Counted from the first letter of the stretch, positions 1-10,766 are shown. The stretch: DNA of 64,000 bases from Candidatus Hydrogenedentota bacterium (GCA_963668025.2 CAXXTH010000018.1:448001-512000); one strand, 5' to 3'. The notes: generated by a model from the sequence alone, not told the origin. Numbers and translations: made by a program.

Positions 1-1
1 G

Positions 2-1084
2 GCCTCATGGCTATATTTGGCGTTTCGGTACGGCCCCAAAGGCCGCCGGTTGTCGAATCTGGGCGCATTGTTGATAGTGGCGCTGGCGGGCTTGGCCACG
101 GCGGCTCCGTGGGGCTTGGCGTTGCTGAGAGCGCGCGGCTGGGCGTATATCGACGGCCTGCTTCACACGGAAGTCATCGAACGCACCTATGAAGCCTCAC
201 GCATCAATGGCGGTTCGCCCCTGTTCTATGCGTACAATCTGCTGGCCATGATGGCCCCATGGGGATTGCTGCTGCCGTTCCACGCCTCACGCACGCAATG
301 GCGCGAAGGCTCGCCCATCTACCGCTTCGGCGTGCTGGGCGGCTGGCTCACGGTGGGCGCGTTCTCACTCATCGCGGGCAAAGAGCGCGAATACATCTTG
401 CCGATCATGTCTCTGCTTGCGCTGTCCACGGGCATTCTGATCAGCCGCATCGCCTCCGGCGAATTAAGGGGCTGGATGGCGTCATGGGCGCGGATTTGGC
501 TGCCCGCCATGACGGCGCTGATGGCGGCGCTCGTCATCGGAATCGCCATTTACTACACCGTGGCCGAACAGAGCATCTTACTATGGGTGGAAATGTGGAC
601 GCTGGCGCTGGCCGCCTTTGGAGCGGCCGCTATCTGGCGGGCCGGCGCGCAAAAACGCCTCGCCCGGCTCTGCGCCCTGTCGCTCGTGGTGATTATCATG
701 TATATCACGGGGCGCGGCTACCATTTTTCGCTGAACCAAGAAAACACCCCCAAACCGCTGGCGGACATTTGCCGGTCGCTCATCGACAATGGCTATACGC
801 TCGAAACTACCCCGCGCTTGCATTCGACCCAGCCCTTCCCGTACCCGTATTTTTCCTTTTACCTGGAGCGGAACATCCCCTTTGAAACCAATGCGGATGC
901 CGTAGCCGCCAAGCTTAATGGCAGCGCGCCCTACTTTTACCTGACCCACAAAGACATGCTTAAATTCATGCCCAAAGCATTGGAAAGCGGAAAAGCCCAC
1001 GTGGTTTACGGCCCCTGCACCAGCCGTAAACTCCTCCTCGTAAGCAACACTGAGTTGCCGAAGGATCTTCTGCGGGGCGAATAG
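2..1084 (+). CDS. ArnT/PMT-like (GT83/GT39-type) membrane glycosyltransferase, 5' truncated by the window edge
   Basis: Frame is open from the window start. Many TM segments, with motifs PLFYAYNLLAMMAPW and FSLIAGKEREYILPIM typical of the ArnT family. Confidence 0.7.
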   Translation, partial: ASWLYLAFRYGPKGRRLSNLGALLIVALAGLATAAPWGLALLRARGWAYIDGLLHTEVIERTYEASRINGGSPLFYAYNLLAMMAPWGLLLPFHASRTQWREGSPIYRFGVLGGWLTVGAFSLIAGKEREYILPIMSLLALSTGILISRIASGELRGWMASWARIWLPAMTALMAALVIGIAIYYTVAEQSILLWVEMWTLALAAFGAAAIWRAGAQKRLARLCALSLVVIIMYITGRGYHFSLNQENTPKPLADICRSLIDNGYTLETTPRLHSTQPFPYPYFSFYLERNIPFETNADAVAAKLNGSAPYFYLTHKDMLKFMPKALESGKAHVVYGPCTSRKLLLVSNTELPKDLLRGE

Positions 1085-1255
1085 TAGGAATTCCAGCATT
1101 TTCATATAGCGCATATTAATAAAATACCAGCCTCTTGCAGGCCCTTCGCGCTTGTACGAAGGCCTTCAAGAGGCTGATATTTTGGGGAGCAGCATAAGCT
1201 ATCGGGCTGCTGCGTTCCCAATTTCTTGAAAGAACCAGCGCCCATCCCAACCCAT

Positions 1256-2350
1256 CTAGGTATGGCCCAATCCTAAAGCTAGTATGATGTTGGGATCCAC
1301 CAGTTCGGGAGTGGCTTCCTGCCAAGGGGTTCGTTCAGGCTTTAGAACAGTAAAGGCCTCGTTATATGACCAATACGCCCAGTCCGCGCCATACTGTTCA
1401 AAAGCGAGCCTCGAGTCGCGAAGAAACGCATACCGGTCTTCGCAAGGAACCTGTCCCGCATATACGCCGAATTCACCACAGAGGAGATGATGGCCTCCGC
1501 CATGGCGCTCGCTCCACTCGCGCACCCGTTGCACGCGCCCAGCCAGGCGCTGGGCATTCCAGCATTCATTAGCGTAGGCCCGGAGCTGTTCCTCCAGCTC
1601 ATTCCTCCATTCCTGCTCGTTTTCCGGGAGTTTTTCCAGAATAGCGGGCAGTTTGTCTTCCATGATCGCCGGGCTGGACGGGTACGGAACACCCGCCAGC
1701 GCCGGCCACCATTTTTCCTTGAAGAAACCTTGCAGTGTAAAAAGGAATGGCTCGTAAAACTCGAAGGCGTAATAGACATTCTGGTCATCTACGGGAACGG
1801 TTTTCTCCAGGCCCTCGATTGTAGCTATCTGGTCGCCACTTAACACCAGCGTATGTTCGGGCAGTTCGCTTCGCACGGCAGACCAGATTTGCGGTTGCAA
1901 CTCATTCCAATCACGCGTATTGCCGAATGGTTCGGTCATAAGTTGGAAAACAACCTGGTCTGGCTGCCATCGTTTGCCGATGAAGCGGGCGAATGCCTTC
2001 ATGAACGCTAAATATTCTGGGAACTTCTCCGGCTCACCCAGATACATATTCTTGAAATCGGGTTCTGGATGCAGGCAGAGCACCACTGGCAGGCCTTCAT
2101 CGAGCACCATATTGGCCACGGTCTCGACATAGGGCATGGCATTATGCATAAGCTCATCGCCATCCTTATGAGGCGCTGGATTGATGATCAGCTTGGCGAA
2201 TCCGAATCCCATCTCCCGAATAACGGCGATATCGCCGCGCGTGAAATTAGGTTCTTCCGGAACCGTCCAATACTGCCTGTCCAGCGTGACCCCTTGATGA
2301 AGGGGAAGGGCAAGATTAGATGGCTTGGCCTGTTGTGGCGATGCCTTCAT
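1256..2350 (-). CDS. Glycoside hydrolase family 5 (cellulase-like TIM barrel), no signal peptide
   Basis: Acid/base motif FQLMTEP, FYEPFLFT, nucleophile motif LCGEFG, terminal WAYWSY. Confidence 0.8.
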   Translation of the reverse strand: MKASPQQAKPSNLALPLHQGVTLDRQYWTVPEEPNFTRGDIAVIREMGFGFAKLIINPAPHKDGDELMHNAMPYVETVANMVLDEGLPVVLCLHPEPDFKNMYLGEPEKFPEYLAFMKAFARFIGKRWQPDQVVFQLMTEPFGNTRDWNELQPQIWSAVRSELPEHTLVLSGDQIATIEGLEKTVPVDDQNVYYAFEFYEPFLFTLQGFFKEKWWPALAGVPYPSSPAIMEDKLPAILEKLPENEQEWRNELEEQLRAYANECWNAQRLAGRVQRVREWSERHGGGHHLLCGEFGVYAGQVPCEDRYAFLRDSRLAFEQYGADWAYWSYNEAFTVLKPERTPWQEATPELVDPNIILALGLGHT

Positions 2351-2355
2351 GCGCC

Positions 2356-4815
2356 TTATTCCTTTTCCAGAATAGCGATAAAGCTAACCGGCTCTCCGGC
2401 TTTCAATGTAAGCTGGCGATACGCCGGACCAAACGGTGAAACGGTGACGCTTGCTTGGCCTTCACTCGCATCCAGCGATTTGATCGCACCAGGAAGCTTG
2501 ACCGTAATGGCCTGGTCTTTGGCCGAAAGAATTTTGGCCTCGATGCGCCCTTCATTTTGATCCCAGGCAATCCCGAGCTCGATCTGTCCACGGCAAAGAA
2601 GCCCATCGACCCGCCCCGTGCGCCACTTCGAGGGCAATCCGGGCAACAACTTGATCATCCCCGGGCGGGAGTAGGCCAGCATTTCGAGGACGGCGGCCGT
2701 CCACCCGAAATTGGCATCGGCCTGATACGCTGCGCCTTTGGCCGAATACAGCCAGTTGACCGAGAGCCCTTGTCTGCGCCAGTCGTTGTGATACGCCAAG
2801 AAGTTATTTCCTAGGCACGTGCGGCTCATGAGTTCCAGCGCTTCCAGCGCGCGGTCGCCCTTTCCCAGCCGCGCCTGCACGTTGGACATGTGCGTGTAAG
2901 ACCATCCGCTCTGGTCGCCCAGTCCGACCGTCATCCGTTTTTCGACGGCGGCATGGCAAGCCTCGTACATAACCGGATCCGTCTCTTCCGTAATCTCGAT
3001 GCCCGGGAAGAAGGGATACAGATGGGATTCATGCCGGTGCTTATAATTATCTTTAAAATCCGGATACATCCATTCGCTCAATGCGCCGTCCTCATTGATC
3101 ACATACGGAGGAATCTTAGCAAGCATTGCCTTCCAACGCGGCACTTCATCGCTATCGATACCCAGTTCTTGGTATGCATCGCAAAGGTTAGTGAGCAGCT
3201 CTTTCAGGACAGCGAAATCAATGGTCGCATTCAGGCTCACCGAGATTTTACCGCCGCCTTCAAAATCGCCATTCGGGCAGTTTTCCGGTGAAACGGACGG
3301 CGAGAAGATGTAATACCCGTCCTTCCCTTCGATCAAGAAGTCCTCGTAGAACAAGGCCGCTTCCTTCATGAACGGAACGGCTTTTTCGGCCAGAAACGCG
3401 CGATCTCCCGTGAAAAGCCAGTAGTCAAAGAAGATTTGGGCAATCCAGCCGCTGCTGCACGTGCAATATACGATATGTGGCTGGGTGTCCCACTTTAGTC
3501 CACCGTAGGGGGATTGATAAATCGGAATCAAAATTCCCCGGCATCCGAAATAATTCTGGGCGTTCTCGCGGTATTCATCCATCCGGCTTAAATAGAGATT
3601 GAATACCGGAAGCACCGTCTCGCGCATATTTCCAGGAAGCGAGGCCCAGTAGGTCATCTCTAGATTTTCATTGGTGAATAGCGGGCTGAACCAAGGCGGC
3701 TCGTGGTCGCCATTCCATATTCCTTGGATATTCGAGGGGAATCCATCGGGATGCGAACTGGCGATCAGCATGTACCTGCCTAAATCGAATAGTTTTTCGA
3801 TTAATGCGGTAGGCACATCGCCATTATAACTATCCAGCATGATTTGTTCATTCACCGCGTCTTGATGGGACGCCGCATGCAGATCCAGGTCCAGTCGGCC
3901 GAATTTTTCGCGATGCTTCGTGGCATGTTGCAGGAGCAAGGCTTCGTAATCGGCAGGAATTGCAGCCAAGTCTTCCTTCAATTTGGCCATTTGACGCTCG
4001 GACTCTCCATCCACAAACATCCGGGCCACCAGGAGGACTTCATCGGCATCTTGAATTTCAATCCGGCCATCCCGCGCCTGCCACTGTCCACCTTGCGTGC
4101 TCACGCGCGCCATTGCTCCAAACATCTTGCCGTCCGGCCGTTGCGCGGAAAGCTTCAGCCATTCGCCATCCACGGAAGCCTTGAACTGGACGTTCACGTC
4201 GGCGTTATGGCCCATGAATGTAAACCGGTCAAACATGTCATGCGGGGCCAACGACAGCGACGCACGAATAGAACCTGCTTCCGATGCGCGAATGTTCAGG
4301 ACGACAATGTCATCGGTTTGCGAGACGAAAACGTCGCGGACAAAATCCACCGGGCCTTCACTCCACGCCACGGATGCTACGCCACTGGCGAAATCCAGCC
4401 GCCGTTCATAGTTGCTGAAAGCCCCCCGCGTCGGCATGTCGACGACGATATCTGGCCCTGGCCGGAACGAATCAATAATCGATGCCTGGCCGGCTTTCTT
4501 GAGGAGATCGGGGAAATAGTGCTCGGCTTCCCAATAGCGTCCATCGGCCAGCATCTGCCGGAGTTTAGGGAGGTATTTTGATAAATCAATCAGGGGCTTG
4601 ACGGTGCTTCCCCACCAAAGCCGCGTATGGTTGAGCAGAATCGCTTCGTGCGTGATGCCGCCGTAGACCATCGCCGCGTGCAGCCCGTTGCCCAGCGGCA
4701 ACGCGTCTTGCCAGCGCGACGCAGGCAGCCGCAGGCTCATCTGGTGGCGTCCGCCGCCCGATTTTTCTTGTGGTAGGTTTTGGCCTGTTTTAGGGGCCTT
4801 CTCCAAAATCGCCAT
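2356..4815 (-). CDS. Glycoside hydrolase family 95 (alpha-L-fucosidase/alpha-L-galactosidase-like)
   Basis: WQDALPLGNG, GRYMLIASS, NIQGIWN, HRHESHLYP, GWS and YQADANFG motifs. Start chosen at the ATG (MAILEK) after GGAGG. Confidence 0.88.
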   Translation of the reverse strand: MAILEKAPKTGQNLPQEKSGGGRHQMSLRLPASRWQDALPLGNGLHAAMVYGGITHEAILLNHTRLWWGSTVKPLIDLSKYLPKLRQMLADGRYWEAEHYFPDLLKKAGQASIIDSFRPGPDIVVDMPTRGAFSNYERRLDFASGVASVAWSEGPVDFVRDVFVSQTDDIVVLNIRASEAGSIRASLSLAPHDMFDRFTFMGHNADVNVQFKASVDGEWLKLSAQRPDGKMFGAMARVSTQGGQWQARDGRIEIQDADEVLLVARMFVDGESERQMAKLKEDLAAIPADYEALLLQHATKHREKFGRLDLDLHAASHQDAVNEQIMLDSYNGDVPTALIEKLFDLGRYMLIASSHPDGFPSNIQGIWNGDHEPPWFSPLFTNENLEMTYWASLPGNMRETVLPVFNLYLSRMDEYRENAQNYFGCRGILIPIYQSPYGGLKWDTQPHIVYCTCSSGWIAQIFFDYWLFTGDRAFLAEKAVPFMKEAALFYEDFLIEGKDGYYIFSPSVSPENCPNGDFEGGGKISVSLNATIDFAVLKELLTNLCDAYQELGIDSDEVPRWKAMLAKIPPYVINEDGALSEWMYPDFKDNYKHRHESHLYPFFPGIEITEETDPVMYEACHAAVEKRMTVGLGDQSGWSYTHMSNVQARLGKGDRALEALELMSRTCLGNNFLAYHNDWRRQGLSVNWLYSAKGAAYQADANFGWTAAVLEMLAYSRPGMIKLLPGLPSKWRTGRVDGLLCRGQIELGIAWDQNEGRIEAKILSAKDQAITVKLPGAIKSLDASEGQASVTVSPFGPAYRQLTLKAGEPVSFIAILEKE

Positions 4816-4897
4816 CCTTGAATTCCTCCGTGTCTCCCATGAAAGGGATATGCCCAATACTCACTATTCCAATAACGGCTGTTATGCAGCCATTTGG

Positions 4898-5746
4898 TTA
4901 CTCTTTTATGGCCCCAGCCATGCTGATGGCCTGCACGTAATACTTCATGATGCACGCGAACAATAGAATGGAAGGCAGCGCCATGATCGCTGCTCCAGCG
5001 GTCATAGTGCCATAGAACTGTTCATAGCGCCCTTGCAGGGTCGCCATGCCTATGGGCAGTGTGCGCATGTCTGGCGAGAACAGAACAATGAACGGCCAGA
5101 AGTAATCGTTCCAATTCCCCATGAATCCCAGCACCAGCAGGGTCAATGCAATGGGTTTCACATGCGGAAAAATGACGTGGCACAACACTTGCATAGTCGT
5201 AGCCCCGTCAATGAATGCCGCTTCCTCCAGGTCGCGGGGGAACTTCTTCAAGAATTGGGCAAATAGGATAATCCCGAACGTGCCGCTTAGATGCGGCAGA
5301 ATAATCGCATAGAACGTGTCGAGCCAGCCCAGGGCATCCACCACGATGAATGACGGAAACAGCATGATAATGCCAGGAACGGCCATGGCGAACAGCAGCA
5401 GCGACACATACAGCTTCTTGCCCCAGAACTCCATGCGCGCCACGGCGTAGCCCGCAAGCAGGCTGATCGTCACGGAGAGCACGGAATAGCAGGACGCCGC
5501 GATCAGGCTGTTGCGAAACCACAGCAGGACGGGCGTATCAGACATGTCGCTCAGTAAGTTGGTGTAGTTATCCAGGGTAAACGGCTGCGGCAATAGTTTC
5601 GGCGGCCATGTGACCGTCTCCGCCTCGGGCTTAAACGAGGTGATAGCCACCCAGTACACCGGGAACAGAAACACCACGCAGAGCACTAGAATCACAAGAA
5701 CACGCAGCCATTCGGCGAAGTTTTTCCGCACCTTCATTCTATGCAT
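4898..5746 (-). CDS. Carbohydrate ABC transporter permease (MalG-type)
   Basis: EAA motif DLEEAAFIDGA, WNDYFWP, about 6 TM segments. Confidence 0.93.
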   Translation of the reverse strand: MHRMKVRKNFAEWLRVLVILVLCVVFLFPVYWVAITSFKPEAETVTWPPKLLPQPFTLDNYTNLLSDMSDTPVLLWFRNSLIAASCYSVLSVTISLLAGYAVARMEFWGKKLYVSLLLFAMAVPGIIMLFPSFIVVDALGWLDTFYAIILPHLSGTFGIILFAQFLKKFPRDLEEAAFIDGATTMQVLCHVIFPHVKPIALTLLVLGFMGNWNDYFWPFIVLFSPDMRTLPIGMATLQGRYEQFYGTMTAGAAIMALPSILLFACIMKYYVQAISMAGAIKE

Positions 5747-6632
5747 CCCTCCGTTTTCCCATCAAGAGATACACAGTGGAAACAAGGGAAAAGACCACCA
5801 TGCCCGCGACGAGCGCCATGGCGACTGAAGACCCCACGCGGGGATACACCCCGTTGAACGCTTCGCCGTATAAATACAACATGATCGGCGTCGTGGCGTA
5901 GCCGGGGCCGCCCGCAGTCAGCAATTGCGGCTGTGCGAACAGGCTGAACGCGCCGATAATCTGCGTAATCAAGATAAACATCGTAATTGGCTGCAAGCCG
6001 GGCAGTGTGATGTAGAAGAACTGCTGCAGGTTGTTCGCCCCATCCACCTGCACGGCTTCGTACAGTTGCTTCGGGATGGTCTGCAATCCCACCAGAAACA
6101 AAACCATGCTCCAGCCGCAGGCCATCCAGAGGGTCGGCAAGATAATGGCGAACCACGCCCAGGGGAGATCGGCCATCCAGGGGATTTTGGCTATGCCGAA
6201 AAACTGAAGCATATAGTTGATGACGCCCGCCTCGTAACCTAGCATCCAGCGCCAAATAACCGCGGAGACCGACACGGCCACGGCGGTCGGCGCGAGGATG
6301 CAGAACTGCGCGACCATGCGCAGGCCCTTGCTCTTGCAATGGTGCAGCAGCAGCGCCAGCAGCAAGCTGATAATCAACAGCGGCGGAACGAAATACAGGA
6401 TGAACTGGCACGACACCCACAGGGATTTCCAGAAATATATCCCCCGTGAAAAGTTCTCCGGGTCGAACAACCGGGTATAATATTTCAATCCGACAAACGC
6501 CTCGCGGCCGTGTTCAATCGACCAGCGGTGCATGCTGATGTATACGCCGCCAAATAAGGGCACGATGATGAACATCGTAAAAAACACCACGTGCGGCGCA
6601 ATGTATAAATAAGGCGTCAAACGTTGTTTCAT
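5739..6632 (-). CDS. Carbohydrate ABC transporter permease (MalF-type)
   Basis: GLQTIPKQLYEAVQVDGAN, LTAGGPG; overlaps the next gene. Confidence 0.93.
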   Translation of the reverse strand: MKQRLTPYLYIAPHVVFFTMFIIVPLFGGVYISMHRWSIEHGREAFVGLKYYTRLFDPENFSRGIYFWKSLWVSCQFILYFVPPLLIISLLLALLLHHCKSKGLRMVAQFCILAPTAVAVSVSAVIWRWMLGYEAGVINYMLQFFGIAKIPWMADLPWAWFAIILPTLWMACGWSMVLFLVGLQTIPKQLYEAVQVDGANNLQQFFYITLPGLQPITMFILITQIIGAFSLFAQPQLLTAGGPGYATTPIMLYLYGEAFNGVYPRVGSSVAMALVAGMVVFSLVSTVYLLMGKRRDA

Positions 6633-6635
6633 GGG

Positions 6636-7913
6636 TTAATCCGGGTCCTGCGCCAGCGCGCGATTGGTTATGGCCGCTGCCTTTTTCAGGCCTTCCTCCG
6701 GTGTTTCCTTGTTCAATAAAACCAGGCTTAAGGTGCGCTGCAATTCTGTTACCCCTTCGGTGTACCGGTAATTCGCGTCAGGGAACACATAGTAGTCAAT
6801 ATCCCGCGCCAGCGACGACATGTACTGGTCTGACTTAAAAATATCGGTATCGATCAGCGATTTGCGCGCGGGCACCATATGTGCATTCAATAGTTCCAGA
6901 CTAAGGTCGCTCAGGTATTTCATGAACATGATGGAGGCCTCGATACGTTTTGGATCTGGCCAGCGCTGTTTGAATGCCGTAATCGTGTGCGAACCCGTGA
7001 TGATGGCGCGGCGCTTGGTGCCCAGGTTGATCATGGAGGTTGCGCCAAACCGCAGGTTTGGCATCCCCTTGCACGAGGCCAGCATCCAGACGCCATCCAG
7101 CATCATAGCGGACATCCCCCGCTTAAACGGATCGATGGCTTCCACGCCGCGGGTGTTTTTCGGCGAATATTCATATTTATAAATGAGGTCATACATGAAT
7201 TGCAGCGCATCGATGCCCGCCTCGGAATCGTATTGAACGGTCTTGTAATTGGCGTCAAACAGGTGGCCGCCATTACTGAAAAATATGCTTTGCCAAAGCA
7301 AGTAATGCGGCCAGTCGGTGGGTATGATGCATGGCAGCACGGATTCCCCGTTGACCTTGATATTAGCGTCCTTGATCTTCTGGCAATACTCGAGGAACTC
7401 CGCGCGCGATTCCGGCGGGCGTTCGGGATCGAGGCCCGCTTTCTCGAAAAGATCCTTGTTCCAATAGAAGACAAATGGATGAAAATCGAGCGGCACGCCG
7501 TATTGCTTGCCATCATGAAAACTGACCTCGCGCGCTATGGGGAAATAATCATCCATGGGAAACTGATCGAGCCAGGGCATGATATCGAGCACGATGCCCT
7601 GCTCGATCACGGCATTAATGGAATTGTAATGCACCAGGCCTACGTCCGGGCCGCGTTTACTGCGGAGCGACAACGACAGTTTGCTGTAAAAATCCGCCCA
7701 CGGCATGACGCACATGTTGACTTTGATTTCACCCTCATGCAGCGTGTTGAACTGGTTCACGATATCTTGCAGATATTTCCCGTCACGGCTGGTGAACCCG
7801 TTCCAAAAATCAATCTCGACGACCTCCGCGAAACCGAGCCCGCCCATGCATAGCAACAACACAAACGCGGCGCACCGAAGAAAAAAGGGCGTATATATGG
7901 ACTTGCAGGTCAC
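6636..7913 (-). CDS. Carbohydrate ABC transporter substrate-binding protein
   Basis: Signal peptide; FWNGFT, DGKQYGVP, YWNKDLFEKAGLDPERPP and AMMLDGVW motifs. Confidence 0.92.
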   Translation of the reverse strand: MTCKSIYTPFFLRCAAFVLLLCMGGLGFAEVVEIDFWNGFTSRDGKYLQDIVNQFNTLHEGEIKVNMCVMPWADFYSKLSLSLRSKRGPDVGLVHYNSINAVIEQGIVLDIMPWLDQFPMDDYFPIAREVSFHDGKQYGVPLDFHPFVFYWNKDLFEKAGLDPERPPESRAEFLEYCQKIKDANIKVNGESVLPCIIPTDWPHYLLWQSIFFSNGGHLFDANYKTVQYDSEAGIDALQFMYDLIYKYEYSPKNTRGVEAIDPFKRGMSAMMLDGVWMLASCKGMPNLRFGATSMINLGTKRRAIITGSHTITAFKQRWPDPKRIEASIMFMKYLSDLSLELLNAHMVPARKSLIDTDIFKSDQYMSSLARDIDYYVFPDANYRYTEGVTELQRTLSLVLLNKETPEEGLKKAAAITNRALAQDPD

Positions 7914-8228
7914 GTGAACGCTCCTTAATAATAAACAGTAAAAACCTTACCTTCACAACATACTCAACTTGCCCAGGCGCTCCTCTTCGTCATTCCCGCG
8001 AAGAAGAGCGTTTCCATCATGAGCCGGGCATTCTCGCCCATCCCGCGTAATTTGAAAGATATCCTTCACGGCAATGGCGAAGCAGGCAGGCGGCGGGAAG
8101 ACGCGGGGCGCTCCCCGCCGCTGTCTATGTATCTATACTCCGTAACTAAACCTTATCCTGGCGCCCGGCAAAATGGCGCATGGGCGCATCTGCAAGAAGA
8201 AATATCCTGGGCATGCCCCACCGGGAGT

Positions 8229-10601
8229 CTATCCCTGAATGGGCCTGCCGGGGAGCCCAAGCGCCTCTATCAGATTGGTATCGACTTGCGCGGGAACCGC
8301 CGGATCGAATGGCTCCCGGCCTTCCGGTTTCATAATCGTAAATACTTCATTATACGACCAGTAGGACCATCCAATGTTATGCGCTTCGAATACTTCCCGC
8401 GTATCGCGGAAGAACGCCCACCGATCAGCCTCTTTGACGCCTCCCTGGCATGCTCCTAACGCGCCGAATTCCCCGATCCATATCCGAAGGTTATTGCCAT
8501 ACGAAGCGTTCCAGTCCAAAACCGGTTTAAGCCGTGCGTCTAGCCGTTCCTTGTTCCAGCGTTCATAGCCATATTCCATTGTCGCTTTTCGGACCGCATC
8601 CTGTTTTTCCACGGGGATTTTGGCAAGGATCTCTGGCAATACCGCTTCGACATTCTCCGGGGTTGATGGATAGGGCAAGCCAGCCAAAGGCTTTAGTACA
8701 TCTCCCCAATACTCTCCACCTTGAAATGTGAAAATAGTGGGGTCATAAGTAGTAAACATATACATCACATTTGAGTCATTCACCGGTATGATGTTGGGCA
8801 TGCCGGAAATATGCCCGGCCCTGTCCCCGCTCAGAATCAGAGTGTGCTTGGGCATTTGGCGGCGGACGGTTTCCCACATGCGATACTGGAGCGGCGTCCA
8901 GTCATAGGCATTTCCAAATGGCTCCGTCATCAATTCGAAGGCAAGCTGTTCGGGCGTCCATCGTTGCGCCATATATGCGGCGAATGCTTCGTAAAATTTC
9001 AGCATTTTTTGGAAATCATACGAGCTGGCAAGATAGACATATTTGAAAGGCAGTTCCGGATGGATGCATACCACCACGGGCAGGCCCTTGCCAACCACCA
9101 GATTCACTATCTCGTCGATATACCACATATTCTCCGCCTTTATACCATCGGCGGTTATATATGTGTGCGGGGTAATTAGCAGCTTGATGTGGTCCACGCC
9201 CGTCGACTTGATTATTTCGATATCATTATCGGTAATCTCCATCCCGTCTGGCGGCGGAACCGTCCCACTCCATTGCCTCCGGTCAATGACAATGCCTTTT
9301 CGCAAGGCCAGTGTGGGTTCCGCGCAAGGCGGGGTCATAACCGCTCTGTTTCCAATCGGCGATTCGTCTATGAACCCTGTTTGCTCATCATAAGCATCGA
9401 AATGCCAGAGGCTGATGGTGTTCTCGTCACAGGTGAAAGGTGTGGAGGGTTTGGCTTTTACATCGCGGATGCCTTTTGAGATACGGATTTCATCTACTAA
9501 TGGCGATCTTCCTTCCAATTTATCGTATGGAGATCCACCAATACATAAGGGGCCTTTTAGGCCGGGATCAACCAAAGAATTATCCCCAAATATAAGAGCG
9601 GGAAGATTTGCGGCCGGCTCTTTGAGCGCCGGAGGGCCAAATACCCCAAATTCGTCAATACAGGGCTGCCTCACTTCTCCTTCCCGAGATGAGACCGTGA
9701 CCTTGACAAAATGGGCCGTCACTGGCTGTACAAAAATGCCAATGGTCTTGCGGATATCATACCCCTCAAGCTGGGTAATGCCGCCTTGGCTAAATACGGT
9801 CGTCCAGTTCGCGCCATCCATTGATGTCTCTATTTGGATGTAGTCCGTCTGCCTGTCCGTTACCTGCTTCGCACGATCTCTTCCCAAGGTGAATAAGCTG
9901 ATGGTCCGGTCTGTTCCCAGATCAATTTGAAAAAATCCCTTCGTTTCCGAGGGAATCCAGGCGCTATTATTGCCATACTGGCCATCATTGAGACTCGCCC
10001 CAACATGCGCTATTTCCCCCTCTTCTTTAGCTAGCTCGGAAGAAACCGCCGCCGGTTTCGCGCCATTACCCACAAAGGCATAATTATCCGGGCTCGATGG
10101 GCTCTCCACCTTCAGCAGTTCAAGCAGGCTAGGCTCAACGGGCGACACTTTATCCAACGCCAGCGTACCATCCACATAGAGTTGCTGCCTTTTCTCTTCA
10201 ATGAGTAATGCAACATAATGCCATTGATCATCAGCCAAATTGGCTACCGTATTGGCTTTTGTCGGCTCACCATCTGGACTGGCCAGTGACAACTCACCAG
10301 TTCCTGGCCCATAAATGACGCCCCAGTGGCTGAAAGACTCCTTTAGGCAGGACGAAATGACCGTACCACATTGATTCCCATTACGAAGCTTTATCCAGCC
10401 TTCCACGGTGATGGGATACTCGGCATATCCAGAAAGAAAAGGCGCCTCCACCCATTTCCCCGGCTGGGCTGGCGCACTGAGAGCCAGGCCAAACTTGCCT
10501 GGCTCCAAAGGCTTGATCTGAGATTCGCCTGCTGAACTTGGAGCATTCCAAATAGACAATACGCACACACATGCCATGGAGATAACAGCGCTCATTTTCA
10601 T
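8229..10601 (-). CDS. Secreted modular GH5: LamG/concanavalin-like domain with an inserted F5/8 type C (CBM32-like) domain, then a GH5 catalytic domain
   Basis: Signal peptide from MKMSAV (RBS GGAG). LamG motifs TVEGWIK, DDQWHYVA, LYVDG, VDEIRIS, LWHFD. Discoidin motifs LNDG..AW, QIDLG, TSMDGANW. GH5 motifs FELMTEP, IGEFG, WSYWSY. Confidence 0.82.
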   Translation of the reverse strand: MKMSAVISMACVCVLSIWNAPSSAGESQIKPLEPGKFGLALSAPAQPGKWVEAPFLSGYAEYPITVEGWIKLRNGNQCGTVISSCLKESFSHWGVIYGPGTGELSLASPDGEPTKANTVANLADDQWHYVALLIEEKRQQLYVDGTLALDKVSPVEPSLLELLKVESPSSPDNYAFVGNGAKPAAVSSELAKEEGEIAHVGASLNDGQYGNNSAWIPSETKGFFQIDLGTDRTISLFTLGRDRAKQVTDRQTDYIQIETSMDGANWTTVFSQGGITQLEGYDIRKTIGIFVQPVTAHFVKVTVSSREGEVRQPCIDEFGVFGPPALKEPAANLPALIFGDNSLVDPGLKGPLCIGGSPYDKLEGRSPLVDEIRISKGIRDVKAKPSTPFTCDENTISLWHFDAYDEQTGFIDESPIGNRAVMTPPCAEPTLALRKGIVIDRRQWSGTVPPPDGMEITDNDIEIIKSTGVDHIKLLITPHTYITADGIKAENMWYIDEIVNLVVGKGLPVVVCIHPELPFKYVYLASSYDFQKMLKFYEAFAAYMAQRWTPEQLAFELMTEPFGNAYDWTPLQYRMWETVRRQMPKHTLILSGDRAGHISGMPNIIPVNDSNVMYMFTTYDPTIFTFQGGEYWGDVLKPLAGLPYPSTPENVEAVLPEILAKIPVEKQDAVRKATMEYGYERWNKERLDARLKPVLDWNASYGNNLRIWIGEFGALGACQGGVKEADRWAFFRDTREVFEAHNIGWSYWSYNEVFTIMKPEGREPFDPAVPAQVDTNLIEALGLPGRPIQG

Positions 10602-10766
10602 AGAATCTTCTCCGTAATTATGTATAACAGCCATTTTATGGTTCTTTATGTAATACACTTCACATCAAAGAAAATTATCCCATATGAAACACCGGTTGCA
10701 TTTCATAAAAAAAGTTATGCTGGCCAGGCGAAGCAAATGTGCGTTTTACCCGCCTCATATATCACA

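Noticed and set aside
4898-7913. ABC transporters lacking an ATPase gene (also 37378-40671)
   Set aside because: Common for carbohydrate ABC systems, which share an MsmK/MalK-type ATPase encoded elsewhere.
7975-8125. REP-like half GTCATTCCCGCG and a GC hairpin between the GH5 and SBP genes
   Set aside because: Partial, imperfect and single-copy; cannot be called.
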